This document shows, one piece after another, positions 26,498 to 39,540 of a stretch of 64,000 bases of DNA. This DNA comes from Lytechinus pictus. Its lineage: Eukaryota. A model generated the notes under the pieces. The model ran no database searches and was not told the DNA's origin. It worked only from the letters and a program-made list of their open reading frames with translations. Every line of letters starts with the position of its first letter. Positions within the stretch are counted from its first letter, which is position 1. The stretch is taken from NCBI RefSeq assembly GCF_037042905.1, contig NC_087245.1, positions 2,480,001 through 2,544,000 on the forward strand, written 5' to 3'. The position numbers and the translations under genes are program-made.

Positions 26498-26946
26498 GAG
26501 GCTGTTCTCACTCAGTTCCTTAAACTAGTTTAGTGGAAACTAGTTTAACGCTAAGTGAGAACGGTCGAAGCGCTCTTGGAAGCGCTCTTCCAAACCAGTT
26601 TGGAAGACCACCTCGCGATGTAGTTTTCAAGATCGCTTCGCATCGGAAAAGTGGTTTTAGCGTAAGTGAGGACACAACCGTTCTTCGGGAAGCGATCTTC
26701 GCACATTTTGAGCGCGCTACTCCACACGACAGGTGTAGAATGCCTATGCTGCGGTTTCGAATTTCGCGCGAAACGTGTCTCCCCCACTGAGAGCGTTTCC
26801 ATAGCAACAAGAGCGCTATACGTGAAGTGATTTTGAAAACCACTTTCGTGTGATCAAGTGAGAACGCTAGCAAAGCGATCTTCCAAACTGGCTTTCTGAA
26901 CCGTTTCCCAGTAAACTAGTTTTAGGAACGTAATGAGAACAGCCTC
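26498..26946 (+). mobile_element. PIF/Harbinger-like MITE, GAGGCTGTTCTC family
   Basis: TIRs gaggctgttctca...tgagaacagcctc with subterminal taaactagttt; flanks TTA/CTA; relatives at 37211, 37612 and 40267. Confidence 0.9.
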
Positions 26947-28472
26947 CTAGACTAACTTCTCATATGCTGTAAGTCTATTGGACTCCCTTCCCTGAGTTGT
27001 TGGTCTATTGGACTCCCTTCCCTGAGGTGTTGGTCTCTTGGACTCCTTTCCCCTGAGCTGTTAATCTCTTTGACTCCCTTCAACTGAGCTGTTGGTTTCT
27101 TGGACTACAATCCAATGAGAAGTTAGTCTCTTGGACTCCCTTCCCCTGAGCTTTTGGTTTCGAGAACTACCTTCCACGATTAAAGCAGCTGGTCTTGGAG
27201 AATTCTTTCTGAGTTTGCAAACTCTTGGATTAACTTCTGAGTTTTTGGTCTCTTGAAAAACAATATCCCTGAGGTCTCTTGAACAGGAGCATATCATTGT
27301 GCACAAACAACACTGTCTGTAAATGGTATTTAAACCGCCCGGATAATATGTGACTGCGCTTGAACTAGGTTTCCCTGAGTGAGCGTTCCCATGAGTTGTT
27401 GGTACTAGACTAAATTCCCATTAGCTGTTGGTCTCTCATTTAGTTGAAAGTTTCATGTACCTCATTTGCTTTGCTCTCCTGATATCTTCACCTACCCTTT
27501 GACATATTGTGTGTATATCGAGGAGGGAGGCTTCATATTGATGTGTTCGTAACAGGTACACCAAGTTCAAATACAAAGTATACACCACTTCCTGCAGCCA
27601 TCATTGGTTTCCCTTCTGTATGAATTGCTGGTCCAAAAATGATTTTGAGGGTGCATCAGGGAAGTGCTGCTCTCTCAGGGTCATTTCCGAGAAAACACGA
27701 TTGAGCAAGAACAAGCTATTTTTATGCATCATGAATTGTCGGTTTCTTTTTTTAGTTTAACTATTTGTAATCTTAAAGTGCTTTACCACTATTGAAGGAC
27801 TACCCTTGATGTGCCTAGATGAGAAATATGAGCCTTTCATATTTTCACTTCCAGGAGATAGCGTGATCTATCATCATTATCCATTATAGTGTTGCCTAAG
27901 CCTATCTCTTCAACATTGTAGAATGAATATTGTATGAATGATGATCTTTTTTGAGGTTACAACTACTTCAATCCTGTTTTGCTTGGTCCTTACTGATTGG
28001 CCTATTGTGTGGTGCTACACTAGTGTACATGGTAGCTCACCTGTAGTAAAGTCTAACTCGGTATCATTTTATTGTCAAGATAGTTTTGCTGTATCCTGCA
28101 AGTGAAAATCTGACACGTACCGTCCCGTATAATCCAATGATTTGCAGGCGGGACCCGCTGAACCGTCGGGTTTGAACCTGGGGTTTGAACCACACAATCT
28201 ATGTCTTCTATGTGCACCCATTCAATCAAATGTGTTTACCTTGACGGGAGTGATATCCCTACACTCACATCAGGAAAAATATTTGAACTAAGCTAAAGTG
28301 AATCCACTTCCAAAATATCTGATTAATCCACTTTTATTCCATAGTTCTGTGGGTGACATTGATCAGAAATGGGTCTGTGCCGATCTCGAAGGCATTGCGT
28401 AATAACTCTCGGAGCCAATTTAATAATCACCAATTGCGACAGTGATCATTACTATTTATCTGTTATACGCTG

Positions 28473-29690
28473 CAGGCTTCTACAACAGGGCAAGTGATGA
28501 AAAAATTTGCTTGCCCGATAGAAAAAACTGCTTGCCCGATTTGTTTTTTAATTTTTTCATGACGGCACTACTCTTATCTTTAAAGGTCATACATAATAAC
28601 AACAATTGAGAATCGTGTACAGTATATTAAAATAACACATTTAAAAGGTGGCCTGAGTCATTACGTTAATTTTGGAGAAAAAAAAATCGCTATTTTATGG
28701 GCATTTAAGGTTAAAAAAAAAAACCTTCACCAAAAGTTGCTAAAATCTTATATTTTGCATATTTAAATCCACGAAATGGTTATCTGTTTGCAATATTTCC
28801 TTTGAACTGTTTTCATTAATTGGAAACTACTATAAAGAAAGCCAGTGAAAAATATTCAGCTCTTTATTGACTCAGAAAAAAAATCGTTTTATGATGAAAA
28901 AAAAATCATCATGCTAAAATTTAATATTTTGCATCTTTAAATCCATGAAATTGTATTTTTCTTATTTCCTTGAATTTTTTAAAAAATTAGTTGGAAACCA
29001 TCAAGAAAATTAAGAATATTCACCTCTTGTCTTTTCTTCATCATTTTATGATGTTGCACTCGGTCAATTCTTTTTTTTATCTACATGTACATGTTGGACT
29101 ACAATTTGTAGTCCCACATGTAGACTTTCATGTTTTTGGGGGTCAACACCATGAAAGTCTACATGTGGGACCACAATAAAAAAAAACATTTACCGAGCGT
29201 AACATCATAAATCAGAGTCAAGAAAGAGCTGAATATTCTTCATTTTTCTGTAGTTTCCAACTATATCAAAACAATTTCAAGGTAATATGGAAAATAGATG
29301 GCCATTTCATGGATTTTTGCAAAATGTGAAATATTAGCCACTTTTGGTGTTTTTTTTTGCTTCGGCAAATTGTGCAAGATAGTAGCGCATGTGCAGTCAT
29401 TGCACACATAAAGCGTAAGATGCGATGGCACGTTTTTTTTCGAACCAGGTACCTGGCGATAAATTATAGGTAATTGGCGCTGATTTTACATCAGTTTCCA
29501 CTGTTTTTTTTTTACTAGTTTGACATGATATGAGAGATAGTTGTGATAATTGGAAATTTAGAGGGTCTACTGATATTTTATTATTTCATTTCGAAAACAA
29601 CCACTTGCCCGATCGGGCAATTGACTTTGAGAAATGCTTGCCCGCACATCATTTTCACCTGCCCCGGGCAAGCGGGTTTGTCGCGCCCTG
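28473..29690. mobile_element. hAT-like non-autonomous element with apparent 5-bp TSD and internal foldback
   Basis: CAGG...CCTG ends, clustered subterminal TTGCCCG motifs at both ends, flanking CGCTG at 28468-28472 and 29691-29695. Confidence 0.65.
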
Positions 29691-31859
29691 CGCTGTTACA
29701 CATGTGCTGCAAAAACAAGCTTCCCAAATTGACAAAAATAATGAAAATCAATTGATAACCTCAGCAGCAGTGCATGCGACGATGGTAGGCACTTGTGAGG
29801 CTAATGTACGTTGAGGCGGTATTTGCCGAACCCAAACAAGACCAAAAAATGCCGGCAATTTTTTTAAAAGGAAATATCAGCATCTCTAAAATGAATCTGC
29901 CATGTAAGAAACACAGTATCCTGAGTAAATCAAACTCAATTTTCTTTTACCTTCTTTCATTTGTGTGTTATGATTTTTTTTTCTTTTCATACTAGCCGGT
30001 TTGCGGGTTTGCAGAATGAACTACCGGCTGGTTAAACCGTACTGCAAGTTTGGGTAACAGCACTACAAGATAGTGTGCAGTAGATCACAGTAAAGTTGTA
30101 GGGCCTAGTATGGTCTACTTCATTGCTGCACTTTTAGAAATAATGTACAGAGTGTCACCATGGACTTGTTTGAGTGTTTCCCAGTCTCAACTTGGCCAAA
30201 CAGTTGCCATATTCTTGAAAAAGGATCCACTCGTGCCCAACTTGCAATTTGGATGTTTGTAAAATGCACATACATGTATGTGATAAGCTACAAGTCACAA
30301 GAAGAGTCCTGATGATACTGGTCATGAACTTACAGCCAAAGAGATTCAAACATCCCTTGATATGTCACACTTCACTGAAGATGAAGGAATCGGGCATTAT
30401 CCTCCTCTGACTTTAAAAATTCTGTTTGTTTTGGATATATTTTAGATTGGATGAGAGCAGCTGTGCAGGTGTTTTTTACAATTAATTATTTTGAGCTCTT
30501 GTTAGGTTAATGCTGCAGCCTTTTATATAATTGTGTGATTTAATTAATTTAGGTTCGATGTACAGTACCTGTAATCATGGGTGTGAAGAAACCCATCAAC
30601 AAATTGATATTTTTAGTCAGTGTCAATATCATATGAAAACACAAGGTCAATATGCAATTGGTCTTACCAATATTTACAATTTTTGCTTTAGAAACAAGGG
30701 ATGTTGATTATTCTATTCATTTTCAATCCATATGGTAGATATTCATACAGAATAGCATTTGGAATTAATATCCTGCCTCTTCACTTGCCTTCACTGCTAT
30801 AGACCAAAATACCCTCATTTTGAATTGCATTGATAACACACATATTTCATGTGCAATTTGCATTTGACTAAATGCATAGTCTGGCTGAGGTTTTCGTTGC
30901 ATTTTGAATAATTTTGAACTGCATTTTATTTACCAAAATATGTTTTGAATCGCATCACTCAAATCATTAAAAAAAAACTAAAAATTATTATGGCAATTGT
31001 AGTGTATTTAATAAATTACACTTATCCTATTTACAGTGCATCATGTTCAGAATTTGAGAACACTTCTTGTATGCATGGTCTATTCTGTGGAAGTTGGAAG
31101 TGATGTGTAGAACAATTTTTCTCATTTTGCGAATATGTGCTTATACACGTAAAATGCTGACCAGTGCATTTTGGGGGAATGGATACGCTGCTCTCTTCTG
31201 TTGAACCCACTTTATGAAAGGGACAACAACCCCATTATATTTGAATTACGTAATGAATATAAATGTGATATCAAAACAAAAAACAGAGAATTCCGGCTGT
31301 CAGAACCTGCCGAGAAAATAGGAAGTGCGTGGTACCCAAGGTGCAGTATGTTCTGTAGTCAACCAATCAACATTGAGCTGGTTTACTGAGGAATCATTTC
31401 TATCTACCAATTATTTTGGTTTTGTTTTGTTCTGATGTACAGTTCATATTTTTTGTCGCCATTGCAACCTAGTTTAGTTTCCAAGAGAAGAATTGAGAGT
31501 GGGATTTATGAGTAAACTCAAAACCCAGATAGACCTTGCAATCATATCTGTTGCAAAGCTTGTGAGGCCTGGCCCTGTATATTCATTCCAAATAAAACCA
31601 CAGGTTTTGATTTTTTAATTATCAGTATTATATCAGCTACTCCTACTCACAAGATAATCTCACAGATGTTGTAACCTATTTCCCCAGACTCTCGCTCTGT
31701 ATAATGAAGGCCCAAAAGTTTGCTGTTATTGATAAGATTTGTATTTTCATCTATATTTATCTATTAATTCTTTTTCTCCTTTTTTATGGGGGAGTGAGGT
31801 ATGAAGCGATCAGGGGACTAGGTCTGAGTCTCTTGATACTAGTCACCAATAAAAATCTT

Positions 31860-32150
31860 TAATAATAATAATACATAACATTTATAAGGTGCTTACTCCT
31901 GGCATTTTGAGGCGCACTTTGTTCTGTTTATGGTTTATTCTTGGTATTAAAAGAAAATAAAAAAATGTCATGTGGGAGGGGAAAATGACACAGCTAACTA
32001 TACTAATAATTAAAAATCAAAGCTGGTGTGCACCTCCAATTGACCGACCCGCAACTGTGAATCATCTATAAAACAGGTAGGTTTTGAGTAGGGTTTTGAA
32101 CTGATTCACAGACTTGGCATTATCTTTACACAACATTGCTGTGCAGACTC
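31860..32150 (-). mobile_element. Old L2-like LINE 3' remnant
   Basis: (AAT)n followed by atttataaggtgctt (L2-type tail, reverse) and gggttttgaactgattc-type ORF2 end; heavily decayed. Confidence 0.4.
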
Positions 32151-32151
32151 A

Positions 32152-32964
32152 GGGTGCGTTTATCCGCCACTTTTTTACCCTAGAATCATGATCTGAATCA
32201 TGATTCAAATCATGATTCTGCAGAATCACGATTGCGTTTAGTCGAAATTGAATATAATCATGATTAGAATCACAAACATGAAACACGAAAAAAGGGGCGT
32301 TTGGAAAGACATTTCTGCAGAATCACGTACGAAATTGTTCGAATAAACGATATCGTGATTATAATCATGATTCTATGACCTCACTTGTAGTGTCGGGCTA
32401 CTTTCGGTTTGACTCTTGCCAAGCTCAGGGTGCTCTATATGCTCATTGTATGTACATGATTAAGTACTATGCATTTCTTGTCATGTTCAAGTTCTGTGTT
32501 GGTCATCGCATCGTCCACTACTTTTCATTTTTTGGTCATGTCTTCAACTTCAAGTTCTAGTAAATGAATTAACTGGACAGACAATGATCTCAGTTGTTGT
32601 TAAGTATAGGCCTATACAGTATCAACATTAAATTGGATCTACCCTGAAATTCACTTCCGAACACCATTTTGGATAAACTAACAAGATGAATAGAAACATA
32701 TGGACCCTATGATAGAAGTAAACAAAATGAGGTATAGACTGAATTCTGGAAGCAAATGATTTTTTGAGAGCCGAAACACGTGCGAAAAACTTCCTCTGTC
32801 AAACTGCGCACTAGTGATGCGCACTGGATTGGCCCGAATCTGAGGAGAAACAGCATTGGAATGAAGGTCGTCTAAACGCTGATTCTGTGATATTGTGATT
32901 CATGTTTGTGTTTTGAAACATGATTCAAATCATGATTCTGGCTTGAGGTCGCATAAACGCAGCC
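32152..32964 (+). mobile_element. PIF/Harbinger-like MITE with AATCATGATT subterminal repeats (813 bp)
   Basis: TIRs gggtgcgtttatccg / cgcataaacgcagcc; TSD TCA on both sides. Confidence 0.9.
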
Positions 32965-35895
32965 TCAAAGATATACAGAAGATAATTCTACTGACAAACA
33001 ATTAAATTCAACTCAATATGTGAAAACTACATGTATTGTAAATTGTAATAAACAATAATTTGTCAAATTTACAAAAAAGAATAAGCATAGCGCATTAAAT
33101 GTGAAAAGAAGAAATAGAACCATCTGAAATTTTTAGAAAAAGAATAAAGAAAGTAAAAAGAAATAATAACACACCACTTCTTGAACATGCCTTACCTTGA
33201 ACATACCTTGAAGTACCACACTTCAATCTTCATGTAGATGGATATTAGTGTGGCAGCATGGTTTGGTTGATAGTCATTTTAGCTGTTGTAGAAACTGATA
33301 TGCTGGGTTTTTTCTTCGATTTAAACTACTTATTTTATAATTATACATCGTTTTTAATTGGGAAGGGGGTATATTTGAAAAGAGTACATGTACATTATAC
33401 ATACAAAACTTTAGTTTTTTTATTTGGTTTCTGAAACTGATTCTGCAAGTTGGCAGGCAAAATTCCTAGTATGTTAAAGGGAAGTAAATTTCACAGTAAT
33501 TGACAAGACAAAAGTAAACATAGTCTTTATGACAATCAAAGAAATTTGTCCTGTTTGGTGAGCTTTATATGAGAATTTCAGTGTTCTCAATCATGCTAAA
33601 GATGGAAAACTAAATCCGAAAACTGAGCACTACACTGTAAGTGTGTATTCAACTAACTTTTTTTCAGAACAATAGTATACAATTTAGGGCTGGAAAATAT
33701 GGCCTAAACCTGTCACCAAATTTCTGGGTAGGTCTACATTGAATGCATAGAAATTAGGCCTACAGGTTTGAGACACTACACATTTGGTGCCACTATTAAG
33801 GGTATCAAAGTTTATTTATTGATTTCTCTATTTCAATATGGCAAACTCATGATCTCAAAAATTGAAAAAGAGAGTGAAGTGTCCTTAGTTAGCTCCATAT
33901 GGACATATCATTGTTTTGATTTGAATGGAACATTGATTCAAGATACTAAACTTGATTGCCACATTTTGTGTTGTACATGCAAGTTTTTTTGTTTTTTCAT
34001 TGTATAAACCTTTTTTCTTGCCACTAAATGTTGATTTCTTGATGAGAGGGTTCTGGAACTATTATCTGATCAAAGGTGATGTGAGGCATATTGTACAATA
34101 AAGCTTGTACGTAAACCAAATGGGAGGCTGAATGAGCAACATTCGTACTGTTGCGCATGTACTGTCCAAAATATAGTGTTGCACAGCTTAGGAGGTGATG
34201 TCAAAATACGATCCATCCACCTTGCCCTTAGTAAATAAATGCAGGTCCATTGCATGTGGGGTCTACTGCTTAAATGCTCATTAATATATAATGCATGCGT
34301 TTAATAGGGATTTTGCCTTTTGCTTTCAATGATTCTTTCTTCACTTTCATAGATTTAACTTAGGGAAAAAAAACGATTATTCTTATTTACGAGACAAGAA
34401 AAATAACAAATATTCTTACTTGTGCAATAATACAACATTTCATATTTGGTGAAAGAAAGAAACACTGTATGCCTCGTTGAAGAGATCATATTTCTTAATT
34501 TTCTTTCACCTCATGGGAAATCTTGTACCATCACACACATACCTACTGTATTTGCTATATGCAGTAGCATCGCATCCAAGCAGACGACCATCATGCATCA
34601 GCTATGGAGCAACTTCACAAACGATAATGTATTTCGTTCACGATAAATGTGGATGTGCATTGTAGGTTAAGAAGTTTGTGACACTAAAAATGATGTTCTT
34701 CAGGTTAATACCAGCATATTTTATTCCCAGGAAATAATAGATGAAAATAAAACAATAAAAATTCCTTTTAGTCCTCACCAATCATATCCTCTTTCTGATA
34801 AAAAATGCTTTTATTATATTCTAAAGAAAGTTTTAATGGTTGTCATTTGATATGCTTTTTATGGACAAAACCAGAGGCCACGTTCTGGGTATTCTTCAGT
34901 TTCCATAGAAAGTTTAATCAGCTTTATTAGTTCCATGGTTTTTATTTCTCAGGAATTGGGAATGGTATCTTCTTAAAACAAGTTGCGGTTTCATCTGAGA
35001 AGTTATGTGGTCAGTAGGGATGCTCTTCATCTTCTTTAATAGTGGAATGAATATTACATTTCTAGATTTATGTCCTTACATTATTACTATTTGAAGTAGT
35101 TTTGAATGAGGCCTGATATTTCCAATTGAGGGTTATTATCAGGATATCATTCCTTCATTACTCATATTTGAGGAGCGTAATGTTTATGTGATTCTGTTTC
35201 ATTTTTGTTTTACATCTGTTCTTCCAGATTGGGAGGGAATTGTTAAATCCCACAATACGGCCAAGGACTCATTTAAAAAATAATATAATAACTGCTTCTA
35301 AGGCCTGCGACATATAATTTTTTCAAGTAACTGTTGACATTGATTTCTTATTTTTATTGATATAGAGTAATGATGTCTCAACTTACATTGTACACGTTAA
35401 AACCCATGTTTGTTATGTTTTTGTTTTTTTTGTTGTTGTAGGGCCTCCAAGGACAACAGTATACCAATTACTGATGGAGCCACCCTACTAAAAAAGACTA
35501 AATAAGTAAGATAAATAAATGTACATTTTGTCAGAAACTTACAATATTGTCCCTGATATATTGGCCTGCTGCCTCCCCCTTCTGAATACTTGTTTATAGA
35601 TCTATACCAAATTGCTAGGATGCAATGACAAATTTAGTCTTTAATAGGCTTAGGCTTAGAACCTTGAAAATTGTCATTTCCACATACATGTACTAATATG
35701 AAAGAGGGTCCGTCATTTTTAAACTAGATTCAAATTTTTCAATTTCATAAAACCACTGGGCTTTTGTCTTTTAAGTTAGAATTTCTTGCTTAAAATATAT
35801 ACCGCACAATAATTTTATGCTTTCAATATTCAAAGCTTTGAAATACCACATACTAGATTACATTTTTTCAAGGTTTTTATAAAGTTACTACTACT

Positions 35896-36040
35896 CTAGG
35901 GGAGCATTTCATGAGAGGAGTAGTTAGTGATATTCCCTGACAACTGTTATAAACTATTGCTAATGCTTGCATCTGATTGGCTAAGAGCATATTGCCAAGT
36001 AAAATTCACTGACTAATCTTTTGATGAAACTCTCCCTTGG
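35896..36040. mobile_element. Short palindromic MITE with central ATTGG box (related group)
   Basis: gggagcatttcat / atgaaactctccc, gttagtcag-type arms, tctgattggct loop. Confidence 0.6.
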
Positions 36041-36864
36041 TCGCAATCTGCATTGGTTGAATCGCTGACATCCCTAGGCTACTAGCAAGAGTTGAAGTGA
36101 ACTGTGTCTGTGGGTCTGAAAAAATGAGGACCTGGATGGACTACATGTAGTATGAATTGACACGGTACCAGCAGAAAATTTATATGAAGGAAAAACCTCA
36201 AGTACCATCGATCGATATCATACCTCTTCACTATATTCACAGATCATGTTCACATATACATGTACATGTATAATACAATGTATTTATTTTTTTGCTGATT
36301 TGATAGTCCTACAGTTTCATCTGCACTGTTTAAAAGTAATCTAGTCTGCAAGCAATGCTGGATTACGGTGTAGCTGTTATTGAAAGGCAGTCGTAAGAAG
36401 GAGAAAGTGACACTAAGTAGGATTTTCCCCTAGAAATACATGTTGGATATTTGAAACAAGTGCGAACCTGGGGCTTACTGTATACTGTAGCTTCATCCAA
36501 TATTCAATATAGGATTCAAATTTCATGCATGACATTGATGAGGCATGAATTACATGTTAAGAGGGTGTATAGAGTGTAACACTTCACACGCAATAGCTAC
36601 ACCTGAAGAAGTTATCTGCTCTGGTACAACTTTTTTTTTAATGACAGTAGTCAGTGAGAAGGGGAGGATAGAAAATAATTTTTATCATAATTGCATTGCA
36701 CAAATGATCACACGTATGTACTAAATAATGGTGATAATGAGGGAGAGTAGCTTTTTTCATTGGGTGCCCTGTTGAAATATTGTTAATAGATAAATGAATA
36801 AACACCAAAATAGATAAATCAATTAACAAATAAACGGATAAGTGAATAAATAAATAAAGGTGCT

Positions 36865-36972
36865 GTTGGTGGTGATTATGATGAAATTGATGATTGATCT
36901 GATGATTATGATATTGATGATGATGATATTGATGATGATAATGATGATATTTATGATGATTATGATGATGGT
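36865..36972. repeat. Degenerate (TGA)n microsatellite
   Basis: tgatgatgatgatattgatgatgataatgatg... Confidence 0.9.
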
Positions 36973-37210
36973 AAAAGACTAGCAATGGTAAGGATATGAA
37001 TATGAAATCTGTACAGTAAAAGCTGTTGTATAGTTTTATTCTCTTTTATTTTCCAGATCTATTTGAATTGCCAAATTGATAACTTCAGGAGAGCATATTT
37101 TCAATATAAATTTGTCGTCTGTCAGATCAGACAACTTTCCAGTGATTTTGATTGGCTGAGAAGTACATTTGTCTGACTGTTGATATTAAATAGCGGATAA
37201 AGCAGACTTT

Positions 37211-37608
37211 GACACCGTTCTCACTACCTTCCTAAAAATAGTTTAACGTGTAATGATAACGGTCGAAGCGATCTTCCAAACCGGTTCAGAAAACCACCTC
37301 GTGATGTAGTATTTGAGATTGCTTTGCCTTATTAATCTGGTTTTAGCGTAAGTGAGGACACAACCATTCTTCGCACAATTTGAGCGCGCTACTCCACATG
37401 ACAAGTTAGAATGCCTACGCTGCGGTTTCGAATTTCACGCAAAATATGTCACCCCACTGAAAGCGTTTCCATAGCATAGCAACAAGATCGCTTTACGTGA
37501 AGTGATTTTGAAAACCTTTTTAGTGTGATCAAAGGGAACGCTAGCACAGCGATCTTCCAAACTGTTTTCTGAACCGGTTTCCAGTAAACTAGTTTTGGAA
37601 ACGATGTC
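37211..37608 (+). mobile_element. GAGGCTGTTCTC-family MITE (right TIR partly deleted)
   Basis: Colinear with 26498-26946; begins gacaccgttctcact and ends agttttggaaacgatgtc. Confidence 0.88.
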
Positions 37609-37611
37609 TAT

Positions 37612-38004
37612 GAGGCCGTTCTCATTACGCTTTCTAAAATTAGTTTACTGGAAACCGATTCAGGAAACCACTTTGGAAGATCGCTTTGCTAGCGTTCCCA
37701 CTGGGGTGACACGTTTTGCGCAAAATTCGAAACCGCAGCATAGGCATTCTACACCTGTCGTGTGGAGTGGCGCGTTCAAAATGTGCGAAGATCGCTTCCC
37801 GAAGAACGGTTGTGTCCTCACTTACGCTAAAACCAGTTTAACGAGGCAAAGCGATCTTGAAAACTACATCGCGAGGTGGTTTTCCAAACTGGTTTGTAAG
37901 ATCGCTTCCAAGACCGCTTCGATCGTTCTCACTACGCGTTAAACTAGTTTCCACTAAACTAGTTTCCAGTAAACCAGTTTTAGGAACGTAGTGAGAACAG
38001 CCTC
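37612..38004 (-). mobile_element. GAGGCTGTTCTC-family MITE, inverted and abutting the 37211 copy
   Basis: TIRs gaggccgttctca / tgagaacagcctc; TSD TAT at 37609-37611 and 38005-38007; interior is the reverse complement of the 26498 copy. Confidence 0.92.
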
Positions 38005-38026
38005 TATGTCTCTATAAATATCTTAC

Positions 38027-38770
38027 AATTCTCGCTACCCCAAATAGGAACAAAAATCTCATAATGCGCGAGACGAGATAATTTTCACTCCGTCGGGTCG
38101 TCATCACCACTTCCGGTTTAGAGTCATGCTCGCGCGAGGTTCGCGATACTGAGTTTTCCACCACGCTGAAATCGATGCCAATCAGCGTAATATGTACAGA
38201 GTATAATACCTTTTATTGCATTTGGTCAGTTTTGATTCCATTTGAATTATAAATAAAAATAAAAAATATATTTCACGTGAGAATAATTTTTATTCATGCT
38301 TTTATTTGGTTATAAAAAAATCAAACAAATAATGAATATCTTAAAATTTTGCATTTAGCGACCGGCCTGACATCATGATCGTATTCAACTAGACACTAAA
38401 TATATTCAGCATTCATTTCGTTCAATTTTTCGTCGACCACAAAATGGATAAAAATCAGTTTCGGAACTTAAAAAAATCTTAACTGACAGATGAATACCAT
38501 GCAATGGAAAGCGTCAGGCAGAATTAGTGACTTTAGCAGAAAAGGCTGTAAAACTGTTAGTGAAAGAGAGGGTTGTGATCACGAACTTTCCGAGCGAAAG
38601 CTACGTTGTGTTGTTGTGCATGACGGCACTGTTGATCTAAATGGCAAATGCAGTGCGTTGGACTTCCGAACAGGAAGTTGTAATACCGAAAAAGCTATCC
38701 CATAATGCAATGCACGTTACAGGGATTTTCCCGGATCTCGGCGAAATCGCTATTTGGGGTAGCGAGAATT
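38027..38770. mobile_element. Non-autonomous DNA transposon with ~20-bp TIRs
   Basis: aattctcgctacccaaatag / ctatttggggtagcgagaatt; CpG-rich subterminal regions; no clear TSD. Confidence 0.75.
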
Positions 38771-39024
38771 CCTTTAAATGCTTCCCAAGAGTACATGTGA
38801 AGTATATAAGCCTACATAGATATACTGTCATATGCTTGAAAACATACTTGTGGAATTTCTCAAGTCTGAATTTCTGAATGCAGGCCGGGTCAAAATAGTA
38901 AATTTCTGCTCTTGTGTGTCAGTAATATCATGGACCTGTTACTGAAGAAATCACTTGAGAGATAAGAATGAAAAGATAAAGAAGGATTTAATGAGGATGT
39001 TTTTCACTCTACTGTGGTAATATA

Positions 39025-39540
39025 GGCTGCGTTTATCCGACCTCAAGCCAGAATCGTGATTTGAATCATGATTGGAATCATGATTCAAATCACAAACATG
39101 AATCACAATTACTACAGAATCAGGGTTTAGACGACCTTCGTTCCAACGCTGTTTCTCCTCGGATTCGGACCGATCCAGTGCGCATCACAGTGCGCAGTTT
39201 GACCCAGGAAGTATAGGTCAACGTTGGACATTGGAGGTCGGCGACGTACATGTGATGTGACAACGTGGGGCGCGCGCCTTGGCAAGAACCGGAAATAGCT
39301 CGACACAATGACGTCATATAATCATGATTCAAATCACGATATCGTTTATCCGAACATTTTCGTACGTGATTCTGCAGAAACGTCTTTCCAAACGCCCTTT
39401 TTTTCGTAGTTCATGTTTGTGATTCTAATCATGATTATATTCAATTTCGACTAAACGCAATCGTGATTCTGCAGAATCGTGATTTGAATCATGATTGGAA
39501 TCATGATTATAGGGTAAAAAAGTGGCGGATAAACGCACCC
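39025..39540 (-). mobile_element. Shorter inverted copy of the AATCATGATT MITE (516 bp)
   Basis: TIRs ggctgcgtttatccg / cggataaacgcaccc; TSD ATA; both arms are reverse complements of 32152-32964 arms. Confidence 0.92.

Larger units (their letters stand above)
25350..27440. repeat. ~31-bp minisatellite array with higher-order duplication, interrupted by two MITEs
   Basis: Recurrent ctcttggactacc/tccc-ttcccctgagctgttggt units; variant order at ~25549 recurs at ~26278. Confidence 0.9.

Noticed and set aside
26520-26873. Similar short ORFs at 26551 (-), 37595 (+) and 40150 (+) suggesting a gene family
   Set aside because: They are translations of copies of one non-coding MITE; frames are not preserved between copies.
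25350-27440. 31-bp repeats as a CRISPR array or coding repeat
   Set aside because: Head-to-tail degenerate minisatellite without spacers or a sustained ORF.
36638-36985. His-rich 115-aa ORF
   Set aside because: Product of the (TGA)n microsatellite read as (CAT)n.
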